Shown: one piece after another, positions 1-13,700 of the stretch
Position numbering within the stretch: the stretch's first letter is position 1
How the letters are laid out: each line of letters begins with the position of its first letter
Assembly (NCBI GenBank): GCA_002633005.1
Contig: NMRA01000241.1
Location: 230,537-294,536, forward strand
Source: Phoronis australis
Taxonomy: Eukaryota > Animalia > Phoronida
DNA length: 64,000 nucleotides
Direction of reading: 5' to 3'
Notes under the pieces: model-generated
The model's database searches: none
Told to the model about the DNA's origin: nothing
The model's input: the letters and a program-made list of their open reading frames with translations, nothing else
Position numbers and translations under genes: made by a program

Positions 1-3000
1 ATAACAATAAACCTATTGCCAACTAAGCCCACAGCACGTATATGCATGGAACAATTAAATAACATTACCTTTCCACTTGAACAAATCATAAAATGACAAA
101 TAGCTGCTTTTATTCAATGGCGATTGTCATATGAAATTGAAGTAGCTTTGAGGGTGTTTTTATACCATTCTATTTTCTAAAGGAAAAAAGTAAGAATATA
201 CGTTTCATTATTTACAATAGACAGGTTGGTCTCAGTAATAAACAGACATTGGCTGCAGTAGATACACCTGAAATGTTGGCGAACACTAGATGCCACAAAT
301 GTCACTGTAACATCTGTGTGTGAATATGAATTTAAAGGACATCGATGGAATAAACATAGCCGTGTCTTTGTAGCTTCAGACTTTATTCTCGATCAGGTTG
401 CATATCATGAATCAACAGCATTTGAACAATACAGACAAAAAACAAACATTAATCTTTTTTGATCCTGTCGTATGACAAAATGATTTTTCATCCTCTATTT
501 GAAAACGGCTACCATAATGTAGCTCAAATTTCAATTTAACTCCAGTAGAGAAAAAGGAAATGTAAAAACAATGATTTGTACTCAGTAAGAAAATTAACTT
601 TGTCATTTCACGAGTTACCGTGAAAATTTGGGAAGAATCGTAAAAAGAAGTAAATACAAACGCACTTGAAATATTGTTCGTTTTTTGATATGTTGACTTG
701 AATACCGGCGACACCCTAAATTAATAAAATGACGTCAACATTTGACAAAACATTTACCAGTCAATTGGGTGACATTAAGTTTGGCCTTGTGATTATCTCA
801 TTTATGAGACGGTAAAGCATCACACAAGCTTGATACTCTTCGTTCAAACATGAAAAAGTGTAAAATTTAAAATGGTATTTAAATTTATTGCGCAACACCA
901 GTCCATATCTTTCCAAAATTAGTTACAATGATGAGCGATGTTGTGCAAAATATTTCAAAATTTTGCGCAGTGTAACCCGGATGAAAATATACCACTTGTC
1001 CTTATTTCATGGTAAAATTCAAGGCTAAAAGCGTCTCGAACTAATTAGTTAAACAGACTTAAGATTTAATACATTTCGCCGAATTAACCTAATGCAAAAA
1101 ATTAATGTATGCCTCCACGTTTGTCGACGTTTGTCTGACGACGGTATCATATTTGTTTGAGTGTCGTGCCCATAATTTGCGGTGAATATCAAACTCGTTA
1201 AAATCAGCTGACCAAACGTTCAAAGCAGCTGATAACAATGCTTAATCCACGTCAAATTCTTTTAGAAATTTGATGACGAAATTGATTTCCTCTCGCGAAT
1301 AAATTACAATGGTGGTTCAACAGCAAAGAGAATTTGTCCCTAGTATACAAATTGTTAAAATTTTTAACAAGTTGAACTTTAAAGATATTTTACTGAAAAT
1401 AACAAAAAGTACCATACCTGGCGAAATGAATTTGTTGAATACGTGAAATGGCATGGAATAAACATTATGGGTACAAACAGCTTTAGGTTTTGTTTGGAAC
1501 GATAACGATTATTCCCAGGTTTTGTAGTTTAACGAGTTTACCTATATTGTCTATACCCATATTGTCTTTTCAATTTACAACTATCTTGATGTCCTTACCG
1601 AAAACGTCGTGACTCACAAATCAATAGGTACAGTAGCAGTAGGGCTGCAACAAACCAGCGCTTTTACTGTTAACAAAACTGGTCATACTGAACATGTTCA
1701 TTATTCTAGATAAGGAGTGGTTTGTTTGTGGGATGGAAGACAGTTCGTAAAATGAGCCCGCTGTAACAAGTCATATCTAGTCTAGTCTCACTCTCAAAGC
1801 AACAACAAGTATTGCCTGATCTTCTCAAACCCAGAAATCCAAGAACAATTTGAGAATCAGATCAATCATTTATGATAAGAAATATTTAATGAAAGTTATT
1901 TTTTAAGAAGCGCGGATTTATTGCAACTAAAAGGTACACTCTGTCCACAGTTAGCTAACAATTATTCCGTGATTGTCCATGCCATTGCTGAGATATTCAG
2001 ACTTCATACAAGTTGATGGTTTCTTGAGAGACCTTGTCCCAGTGTAAGTTGATGCCTGTCTATCGGCGCCTATTCACTGGTGGTTCAATTAAATGCGCAC
2101 ATACAATATGACTAGAGGCAAGAGGATACAATATCCCCTTTGAATGGGTTGGCTTGCTCGTTTCCTTTACGTAACGTGGTTTAGACTGCTAACAAGTATT
2201 CTAGCACACGGTGAACGATTTTACTTCTTCCCCCAGGTTCAGTGAGAAACATTTAAACCCACACGTTTTTAACACATATTGTATTTCAAAAGACGAGCTA
2301 CAATCGACAACGAAAAAAATTGTATAGTTATAGTTTTCGTACTGTCCCAGGAAATATTCCAATCGCAACTTTTCTAGTAACGGAAATTAGCCAACCAATA
2401 AACCTGGCTCTCAAAGTTGTGTACTTGAACTTACGCAGATGAGAAATCCGTAGTGAAAGCGGCAGGAGGCGACAAAATCGCGACTCGTTCACGCCAATGT
2501 AGCGTGAAAAATAACCTCCAAATATCGATCACAGCAACCTATAAACACAGCAACGAGAATTGGTGTTCTTACGTGTCCTCTTTCTTAGGTCCGTTTATTC
2601 AACTTATTGTTAGTATATTACGCTGAGATATGCATAATGATTGACAAAAATGCAATTAACAAAGAATTTTGTAGGATTAGGGCCATCAAAATACGACTTG
2701 TTTACTTCATGGCAAAGAACTAAATGGATACTTTATTGAACTCATTCGTGAAGTCTTAAATGTAAATGTAAATTTTATGTGCAGTTCAGATTCAATCCGG
2801 ATAGCCTATATTTTGAAATAAGTTCCACATTACAAGGTCATGTACGTTACATAGAGTCGATGGGACGAGGAACAAGCTTCAACTGCTGCAACGGTCATCG
2901 TTTTAAAATTCGTAACTCAACAATGTACGAGAAAATGAGAAAGTAAGAATTTCTAGGTTAAAGTGTAACAATTAAGAATCATGTAAAAATTGTTGTCATT

Positions 3001-6000
3001 GTTTATTAGCGCCTTGTTAATCTGTGAAAATTCACCAAATCAAACATCAGTGCGAGGAGAGGTCATCACCGATTTCCAAAATGGCCGCCTAACATGATTC
3101 TCGTCAAGCGACAGACCCGAGTCTTTCTTGAAACTCAACGGGCATAACATCGTGGGTTTTGTAACTAAAAATGAACAGTTATTTTCTAACTATCTCGCTC
3201 TTGTGGAACTTAACTTGAGGAATAATAGAGACAGTTTATGCGTAGAACAGTGTTGTACTGTGTGGACGGGATGTGCGCGGCGTTGTGCCGTTTTGTTTGA
3301 ACAACTCATCTGAACTCGTTACGGGCCATTCATCAGACTCAAAGTAACTATCACCCGATGCCTTGGTTGACAATTATAATCCACGAAGGCAAGTCCTTAT
3401 TTAATTCGCCTTCAAATGATTATCTATAAACAACAAAGTACATTTAAACGTGTTCATGAAGTAGGCCTAAGTCAAGAACAAAACATCGCGACCCAAACTA
3501 ATAAACAACCATTCACAATTGAGATGAAGTGGTATCTCAACACGGTGCTTCGACAAAACGCCAACAAGTTTTTTTTTTATACTATAAAACATTGTTCCTG
3601 CAGTTTAATTAAGGCGTTGTAAGCACGGAATTCGGTACAAAACATATCCAACTTTATAACACTCTGTAAGCCGATAGTGACGACATTGCTCACAAGTTAT
3701 GTACTATCTCACTAATGTGACTTATAATTATGTCGTAAAACAACATTCACAAAGCGGCCATCAGAAAGTCGGGCACAATTTTGGCGAATTTCTCGAACTG
3801 TTAGAATCAAGATACGTTTCACAAGGTATTCAGTTCGCAACACACGTTTCATTCGCATACTCGTATAGTAACATGTAATTTCCACTCACTGCGTTCATTC
3901 CCAATGAAATCGATAAAAACATACCTGCTTCGTACAGACGATTATGGTGAACAAAATCTTGATTTTGTCACAAGGACTACTCCTTTTCCAGTCGCTAAAA
4001 TATCCAGTTAGACGTTTATAATCCGCTGTGTTAAGGGTTGACTACTTATCTGCGCTTGAACAGTGTATTTATTGCAAACAGGACGCAGACATTATTTGTG
4101 GCATATTGTCAATGAATAAACACGCTTCCTATTGGTCCATTTCAGATTCCCTGTGGACATAACAGTGAAGTCTATAAATATAGAGTAGTTTCGCGATCCC
4201 CACAATGGTTTCCGCGGATACTTGTGGTGTTGAAACTAGCCAGAATGGAAAAGCAATACTGTTTCTTGACACCCGAAGTTACGTTTTCGCTCTAAAACAA
4301 ATTTTGCCAAAGGTCTATCCGATATCATGTTTTTAGTGGTAACAGGGGTATTGTCCCGAATAGTTTAAACATGAAGGACGGCAACATCGGCGTAGTAAAA
4401 AAGTATAAACCTAAAGGGAATTTACAAATACACTATAGTTCACCGCATATTATTACAATTATGCAAGTTATTACAACATCCCATGGGCGATGTCAGCTGA
4501 CGCGCATTAAATTATTTTCATGTAGCAGGCAGATCAATGTTTCACAATAGGATTTCACTCGTTATAATAATTATTTAGAAAACAAACAACTGACAGAAAT
4601 AAACTTTGATGTTGAAAAACATGCCGACAGGAAGTGTCTCTACTTATGGCCCCGACAACATCCACCACCGCGCAAACATTTTGTGCTTCAAGTATCCCAA
4701 ATTCACAACATAGTAAAAGTAGCCCAAATTCACAACATAGAAAGTCAGGTCATTCCAAAACAAATTCTTCTTGTGTAACCATCTTGGCTGCCAGTGCATT
4801 TCGCTCTGTCAATCTGGCTAACAACGAACATCTTTATTGTCACAAATCGGTCTCATAACATTGCGCATCGTAACAGGGCTCGAGTACAACAAAACACCGA
4901 AATGATCAGGGATTCAACAAAACGCTTCAGAGTTTATTGGGATTGGCCAAAGCTAAAATTGCGGATTCGAAAATGGAGCATCAGCGCATATGTCAGGGAC
5001 ATGAGTTGCCGGCTCATTACGCTACAATTCAAGATCGGATGAGCGTGGCATTGTTTAAATCCCAAAGCGCTTCGGTTAAGAATTCAACACAGAGAGCTAG
5101 ACAGCGGCGAAATACGGCTTTAGCCCACCTGACGTCACATAAACTAATTTCGATTTAGATTATTTACTGTCATGGAATCGATTTAAATTATTTAGTCAAA
5201 ATAAATGGGCTTCCCGTGCTTGGAAAAAATAATAACGCGAACGCGTTTTTGGCCGAGATCAAGCTCTACAAGTTGGCTTGCCACGGCGGGTTACGTTATA
5301 TGTCGAACTTGGTTTGAATCAATTACGAATTGACAGTTATTATCGAGCCCAGGACCCACTTCCTATACGACCAACACGTTGAGATCAGCTATACAGCTGT
5401 ACAAGGTCCAAATCAAAAGTTAACGTCTTTGATGCAACGCAGATCTCAAGATGAGCTTTTGTCAAAAGTTAATTTCTTTGACAAAATGCTGTTTATAACA
5501 ACTTTCACATATGCATTGTGTCATACACTTACCAAATACAAACTGCACATCAAACAGTCCGTAAAACACGCCAAATTCTAGTGCATGGTTTTGAAAATAA
5601 CCGAGCAGTCAAATTAAAAAGAAAACGAAATCTCAATAAACACACAACTTTTGAGGAAAAAAAGCAAGAATTTATTCTAACAAAATGTGCACGTGCAATT
5701 TTAGTTACAAATCAGGTTCACGACACATTTTCCCCGACAACGACGTACCCGGAGCCAGATTATCCATCAAGCTGCAACTTAGGCACTCCCGTCAAATCGG
5801 GCAGCCACAGGGCTGTGCCATATAGCATATCACGTTGAACGCCGAGGAGCGGGAAATTTGGCGACCGAAGTGTCAAAATTTCTGGACAGCTGGACGCGAA
5901 CAGGACAAGCTAGAGATTTGAGAAGGCATGGTGGCTGAAAAGGGGCAGCGCAAGTTACCAGGGCCCCAGACATTGTACAGCTGAAAGGCGCCGAATCCTT

Positions 6001-6100
6001 TTTTCGGCACTGACGACATAAGAAGAGGAAATCGAACAGATGATGAATAAAACGGAACTCATTGTTACATTTATGATCTTATTATGGCATGGGTATTTAT
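1..6100. promoter_or_regulatory. CpG-rich putative 5' regulatory domain of an unidentified gene
   Basis: CpG is visibly denser than in the neighbouring gene bodies and no recognisable transposons are present. Perfect CRE TGACGTCA at 730-737 and 5130-5137, YY1-like CAAAATGGCCGCC at 3077-3089, and several minus-strand donor-like sites. Confidence 0.45.
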
Positions 6101-7246
6101 ATATTGTCTTAATTTAACCTACATAATTATTGAAATAGGAGACTAAAAGCATAGCAAGGCAACCCTTTTAAACAAATGCAAGTGAAACCGAAATGTTGCC
6201 AAGGTATATTTGCATGGAAAATTGCCAAGTTTCTAATTTCCTGGAATTTGGGTTCTCTTTCCAAAAGGGAATTTACCGAATGAAATCAAGATGCCATTTT
6301 GATCTTTTCATTAGTGACTTGAACCCTGAAGATACATCACTACGAAAATTACTTATCATGTTTTACACCAGTCCATGTGTGGTACAAGTGGCAGGTCCAA
6401 GTGTCAATAACTGAAGCAAATTTTTGTTTATCACTGATCACAGGCCTTATGTCAGGTTATCATTGAAATGAAAACATAACAAAAACCACATGATCTCGAA
6501 CTTTCCAAGAACCACTTCATTTGCAAGAGTTCAATAACAATACCTTAAAAATTGCCAGTTTTTGACACACAGTGTATGTTGCAACTGCAGTTGTAAATTA
6601 CCTGCTGAGCTTATCATGAACACAAAATTTACAGAAGTATTATTAAAAAACAACAATGAATAGTAATGTGACATCAAAATTCAAATGACACACGTCCTAT
6701 TCTGTGAACATTTCTCCACAGGAATGTATTTGACCTTTCCTGATAAATTCAAGTCAGTCATTAGTTTCAGGGACTTGTGCGGATATTCCATGTACCTAAA
6801 TCTACACAGGCGGATCCAAGAGAGGGGCTTAGAGGCTCACAATCCCCATTTTAGCCAAAGTAGCAAACAATAACCACAGGAAAAATATACAGTTCTTATT
6901 TGCTAATTCATGTAAACCACTAGATTCCATTAATGTTTTTTACTCATTGTTTGTGATACAGAAATTTATCATTTTTTTAGGTGGCTGGCAGATTAAAGAT
7001 GTAATGAGTCCTTCCAGACAGGTCATAGCGACACGACACGTTAAAACAGGTTGTAGAGAACTTGATCCACCTTTCATCAATATGATGATATGAGAATCTA
7101 CCATTTTTTTCCAGTCACTACCCAATCACTATTAGATAAATGCCTGACTCAAGAATAGTCAGACCATAAATACTAGAATGTGAATCTCTGGGTGTGAGTT
7201 AGTGAGTCAGGGACGATGACTCAACATGTCTAAGTTGCAAAACCAC

Positions 7247-7252
7247 TTTATT
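7247..7252 (-). terminator. Candidate polyadenylation signal (AATAAA) for PHF5A
   Basis: TTTATT on + about 380 nt past the PHF5A stop; plausible position, not verified. Confidence 0.45.
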
Positions 7253-7630
7253 ACCAGAGTTGGTGTGAAATACAAGTAAAACAAATACAGAGGCGAACAT
7301 GAATCATATGAGACATCAATAACAAATGGAGAGAATAGTGTCACATTACTTCTACAGTGTCCACCTTTTAGTGTTGGTCAGATGGACGACAACTTTCTTC
7401 TAATATGAATAGCTTACATAACAATGGGTTTCCCCCAATTATGAATGCCTGTTTACAGAAAATACACTCAAGAGAAATCTGCTACCTGTAACAAACTTCA
7501 AGTCAGTTTTCAAGGGTTTATCAACTTCAGTTAACTAATTTGCACATTAGAAGACAATGACCAATAAAACCTGGAGAACAGTCGAGGTATTAAAATAATT
7601 AGTGATAATATGACCAAAGTTCTTGGACAA

Positions 7631-7720
7631 CTATCTCTTCTTGAAGCCATACTTTTTCCTTTCATAGAAGAGATCGGTCTTGGCACTTCCAAGGTTAACA
7701 ATTTTTGGACATCCATCTCT
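7631..7720 (-). CDS. PHF5A: PHF5A coding exon 3 (terminal)
   Basis: tctttcag|AGA GAT GGA TGT CCA ... AAG AAG AGA TAG gives [29 protein letters not shown]. Confidence 0.97.
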   Translation of the reverse strand, partial: RDGCPKIVNLGSAKTDLFYERKKYGFKKR

Positions 7721-10700
7721 CTGAAAGATCAACATAAGAGTAGGTGTAGGGTATCTGGAAGTTTTTTTAAATACTACAATGAAATTTTCTCAATTAATGC
7801 CAAATTAATACAATTTGATTTGGAATAGCAAAAAGAGTGAAGTTTTCACACTTAATGCTTAATATTAAGAAGTTCCACCCTATCCTAATAATAACAATAA
7901 CAATAACAATAATAATATGTAATAATAATAATAATAAACTCTGTTCAGTAAAGCCTACCTTGAATGGTAACACATATAAATTTAGTTCCTACACTATGTT
8001 AAAAGCATCACTCTAACCACACTGAAGTCATGAACTGCCAAATGTATTGAACGCTTAGGCTTATTACTTGCCCTTTGTCTACGCCACCGCAAGTATCCTC
8101 AGTTAAAAAACAGCTCCAAATATTCACACACATTAGTGTTCTATTCAATATACTCTCATACCAGTGTCAGGTACATACTTGTGTGGTGGGTGCCCTATTC
8201 AATATACTCTCATACCAGTGTCAGGTACATACTTGTGTGGTGGGTGCCCTATTCAATATACTCTCATACCAGTGTCAGGTACATACTTGTGTGGTGGGTG
8301 CCCTATTCAATATACTCTCATACCAGTGTCAGGTACATACTTGTGTGGTGGGTGCCCTATTCAATATACTCTCATACCAGTGTCAGGTACATACTTGTGT
8401 GGTGGGTGCCCTATTCAATATACTCTCATACCAGTGTCAGGTACATACTTGTGTGGTGGGTGCCCTATTCAATATACTCTCATACCAGTGTCAGGTACAT
8501 ACTTGTGTGGTGGGTGCCCTATTCAATATACTCTCATACCAGTGTCAGGTACATACTTGTGTGGTGGGTGCCCTATTCAATATACTCTCATACCAGTGTC
8601 AGGTACATACTTGTGTGGTGGGTGCCCTATTCAATATACTCTCATACCAGTGTCAGGTACATACTTGTGTGGTGGGTGCCCTATTCAATATACTCTCATA
8701 CCAGTGTCAGGTACATACTTGTGTGCTGGGTGCCCTATTCAATATACTCTCATACCAGTGTCAGGTACATACTTGTGTGCTGGGTGCGTACAAATGTTCC
8801 ACACTACTTCCGTTCATTCTTAGTGGCGCTAAAGCATCACTAGCACTATATGTAAAGTTCCATCAACAAAAACCCATCCAAGGAAGATTTTGGTAATTGT
8901 AAGTCTTCATAGATACTTTTTCAAACATCAAATATTCTGATACATGCTATAACTTTTTATATATTTTCCATTGCCGAGTCATTTATGCGCCACACATACG
9001 AGCTGTTCAAGTAGACTTTTATTGATTTCAATTACGTGACAAATCCTTAAATTGACCATATCCAGGCCTTTTCAACGCAGCGTTGAGCATCCATTTCCAG
9101 GGTCCTCCCCCAACTGAATGGAAAAGTGCTTGTGCCTGTTGATAGGACGTTTTTCCGAGAGAAAATTAACCCCCCTGTAGCCACCAATTCTACTCCCTTG
9201 TGAAGTAGACTTTATATCTTTACATAAGTGGTAGGAGCTCTGGAAATGAACTGAGACCTCCCATAACTGACTTTATGTAGTCACCCCTGCACTTGGAATT
9301 AACTAATCCATATCCTCCATGTTGAGACTGTAACACATGGCTGACAAGTGTTAACTTCTGCATTTAATAAATCATTGTGATGCTGAGTTTTTGTGGAGTT
9401 GAAACGGATTCTAACCTTGCAGGACATTTTTGATCATTTGAGGGCAATTTTTGACCTGGAGAGAGGAATTTTGTGACTTTTAAATGTTTCCAGAAGAGAA
9501 TGAGGCCAGTATTCAGCCTCAAAATCAAGGTATCAAGTCTCCTGTTCTCTCTTCAGTGTTTGTTTGTTCACATGAAAATTTAAATTCTTATTTTATGGTC
9601 CGTGGCCGAGGAAACCATGTCTCCAAAATCGGTTTTATTTTTCTTAGCACAACAGAAAAATTGCAACTCCTAAAATATAATGTGTGCCAAAAATAAACAA
9701 ACTTTTACAACAAAAACATATTACAAACGTATTTTAGAACACCCATCAGATTTTCAAACATGCAAACAAAATAAGCTCATCTTTTCAATAAAGATTGGTA
9801 GCACCAAACTAATGCATCACCATTTTCAAGGTCTGTATCACATACCTACCGTAACACAATATTTTGAAAACTGGAGGCATCAACAACAATGTTAGAATCT
9901 ATTAAAAATGAAAAATATGCGATTATTTTTCACTAAAATTGATAAGATTGTATCATACACAAAAATCCTTAGTGAAGCACGAACTACTTACATCTTTCTC
10001 AGTCAGTGTACACTCTTTGCAGTAGTATGCGTCAGACACACCGGGTCCGCCGCAGATGACACAACGACCTTGATAGGATCCATAGTTACACTCATCACAT
10101 ATCCTCACCAAGGTGCAAGGGCGTACGTACGAGTCACAGATCACACACTTCCCATCACACTTCTCACACAGGCGACCAATGGCTGAAGCAAGGAGATAAA
10201 CATGTTGTCAAAAGTGTGATAGTAACAACCAGTACAAGTACGACTTACACATAATTCATTCAAGAAAATATTCCATTTGAAAAGGGCAGACAGTAATGTA
10301 GTGCCAATCAGACTATAAATAAAGAGTCTACATGCCTCAACAACACTACGTAACTAAAATTCCTTACTCAAGCACAAGCTGCAAGTAAGGTGAAACTGAA
10401 AACAAATTTCAGCTCATTGTTGTTTCAAGTCGCAGGCAGAGTTAATCAGGTTAAGTCAAAATCCCAAACTTCAAACTAAAATAAACTAAGTTAGCAGTGA
10501 CCAGTCTTACTGGTGAAGCAATCAGTGTATTCTACCTTATTCATAGTTCAATCACGCACAATTCAAAAAGCTAACTGCCTTATTTAATAACCAAAACAAA
10601 AGGCTTCAGCCAAAAAACAGGAATCAAAACAATGGTTTCCGAAGATGTTGTTTATATGGGACTTTAAAGATGGTGTAAATCTGCGTTACACCACTTTCTG

Positions 10701-13700
10701 CCATCAACCTGGTCGTGACTTGTTTCAACCCAGAAATGACTACTGGCCTGACACACCATGATGAGTGAACTTGTTCAGTCTGCTCTCAGGCAACAGCAAA
10801 GTGAAACTAATGATTTTTTAACCACAGAAATCACTTCTACTTGGAGTAAGGAACAAGTTAAGACCAATTCTGAAACCGTTAAGTGGCCTAATTCAAACAC
10901 TTTTTATGGACAAAGCAGCTTTAAACCAAACAGCATAATCTTTCAAAGGTTTACTTGACTATCATGTAAAGTATCCCAAACCAGGAAGTAGGCACTAATA
11001 AGGGGTTGTAATCTATTCCAGAATACGAACTTAATGACATCACCTGAGGCACCGGATACTAAAAAAGAAACCACAGAACAAACTCCATAATTCAAGATAA
11101 CCATTTACCGTAAACGTTCGGGTTAACGCCCTGGGCGGTTAAATTGACAAACCCAAAAAATCGGGGGTGGACGGTTATCCAGACACGGGCGTTTAAACGT
11201 GAAATTTCAAGAAAATCAGGGTGGGCGGTTAACTGAACATGGTACTTTTATTTGTAATCTCAAGGTAAGTCTCAATGCTTGAAGGACCTTTTCCAAAAAT
11301 GTAGTATTCACTGATTGTGTAGATTGTATTTTTATTTTTCATTGCAATCATAGGCAATTATTAATTTTGCACTGTTTGTTAGTCAATATGTGTAGCGTTT
11401 TAGCCAACTTTAACTGACTTAAAATTACTGCCAAATATTCTTAAATCATTTTCAGACCTTAAGAGTTCAGTGCTTTTGGAAAATTTGATTTGCCGAAATT
11501 TTGCACTTATTTTACGGTCTATGGCCAAGGGAAGAGTGTCATTTTTTATTCATGGGGGTAAAACCTAGATTTTGGAAGTGAAAAGTTGAAAAATTTGGGT
11601 CAAAGATGTTGTTTGAAATAGGGAGGATAAATAGTAACATGAGATATACTTTCCTTGACTGTTCGAAGAATATTTAGCTCACAAACAAGTCGCCTGCAAT
11701 TAATTTTTTTTAGAAATTCATGTCATGTTCAAAGCCAGAAATGACATTTTTTCACATAAAAACATCACTCTGATCAAAGCGAAGTTTTAAGGCAAGTATC
11801 AGATTTTTCAGTCTTCACAGATAAAGAAAATATGGGGTTAACAAGGAGCATTATTTGTTGAAATATGAAAAAAATTATGAAGGTTGACAACTACCTTAAA
11901 TTATTAAAAACAGCACCAAACTTAATGTCATTTTTTCAATAAGAGTTGGTGATAAAAAGTAAAAAACAATGCAAAAACATAAAAAAAACAGAAATTGATT
12001 AGCTGAGTGTTGTGAAAGCAACCTAATTTGTTAGATAGCCTCAAATGGCCACTTACTATATCAAGGTAACGTCCAAATAATTAATACTAATTTTCAGAAG
12101 GATAAGAGTACAAACTAAATTATTGACTACCAAGAGCATATCAACTTCATTTACATAGTCATGTGACCATTTAAGCAATTTTAAGTCAATTGCAATTTAT
12201 TGTTTCATCCACTCTTTTCAAGTATAATCAATAAGCATTTCCACAGCATTGTAATAACACATATGCAAATAAGAAATAAGATCTGCCCATAATTGCAAAG
12301 AATTCATAGAACTCGGCTTATAATCGAGACAATTTAATTACCAACAGCCAGGGGAGATTTTGCACACATGTAATTTAACAAAACAATGCCTGATGCCAAT
12401 TAATGGAAACAAAAGACGGTCAATTGACCAACAGCAGTCCATGAAGTACACATCCACATGGTCAATGCCTCAAGCCAGGATTGTACACCAGACAATGACT
12501 CAGAGTGATATTAGCACTGGCTCCCAGTCTTGTACAACTGTTCATCATCATTAATTTTTCACCAACACTACAAAAAGGAATGACTAAGCAATGACGTAAT
12601 TTCTAGGATAATGTAAAGCATTTGTAATGTTGGTCTTCATCAAAGCACAGTAACTCAGAAATCAAATGCAATACTTAACACTAAAACAAAATGGCATAGC
12701 AGTTGCACAGGTCCATTTTTAACAAAAACATTTGATAGATGTTTGCCACTTACCATTATGAAATTGGTCTTAAATTGTTCCTTTGGGTAAATTACAAGTA
12801 ATTTCAGGGCTTTGAAAAAAAACCACAATTTTGATTCAGACCAAGTTCTAAAAATTTTACTACAGGACATGACCTGAAGTTTACGCGAGTCTAGAGATCA
12901 TTTCTAACCCTGGGAAAGGAACAAGACAAGACCAATGTTTTAACGGTAAAAATTGATGGAAAGAATGGATTTAATGCAGCTTTAAATCTTCATGAAAGGA
13001 CCTTCAAATGTTTTCATTTTCAAATTAACTATTGATTTAATCACAGTTTTCCTAATATCTCATCACTGTAAACAGACTCACACTTTGCATATGTGTCATT
13101 TTGACTGTCATTTTAAGACTATCAAATGCACCAAATTCTAAGTTTCCATTAATCAAAAATAAGACTAACAGTTTTAAACATGCCTGCCCAGTCATTTTTA
13201 GATTATTGCAAATGTAACACTAAATGTATTCAAAGGTGTCATTACTAATAATGAGAAAATATTAGATTCACCTGAATTTTACATATAGCCATTTGTTCCT
13301 AAACAGCCTTTAGTACAGTAATATTTCTCCAATTCAAGACACAACATGGCAGATAACTAAAGTTTAGTTTTCTTCATAAAAGATACGGTAAGTAACACAA
13401 AATATAGGTTTTACCAGTCTTAACTTGTATACACCATATCTAACATCGGACAATTATTTGAGAAACTATGGCCATTACAATGATGTTACAAACTATAGAA
13501 ACGTTAAAAAAGGTAACTTTGGCAATTATTTTTGTCCGAAATTAGTGAAATTTTACCATTTACAGATATAAAGAAGGAAGACCTTTGGCCTGATTGACAA
13601 GTGTGCATCAGCTATTTGATTCAATGAACTATTGACAATGCTAAGCTGGACTAGACAAGTGACATTTGTTTGACCATAAACGTACAAATTCAAATACCAT

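Noticed and set aside
4125-4185. CCAAT plus TATAAATA promoter on the plus strand
   Set aside because: No downstream plus-strand exon or credible ORF was found, and such motifs are common in AT-rich DNA.
8075-8896. Three long overlapping ORFs (273, 235 and 219 aa), or a CRISPR-like array
   Set aside because: They come from a 54-bp tandem repeat with no unique spacers and no cas genes. The array is intronic and antisense to PHF5A, with no recognisable domain.
11105-11520. TACCGTA-ended MITE (also degenerate MITE-like ends at 39470-39615, 51033-51110 and 54960-55430)
   Set aside because: Probably real repeats, but matching ends and TSDs could not be established, so they were not called.
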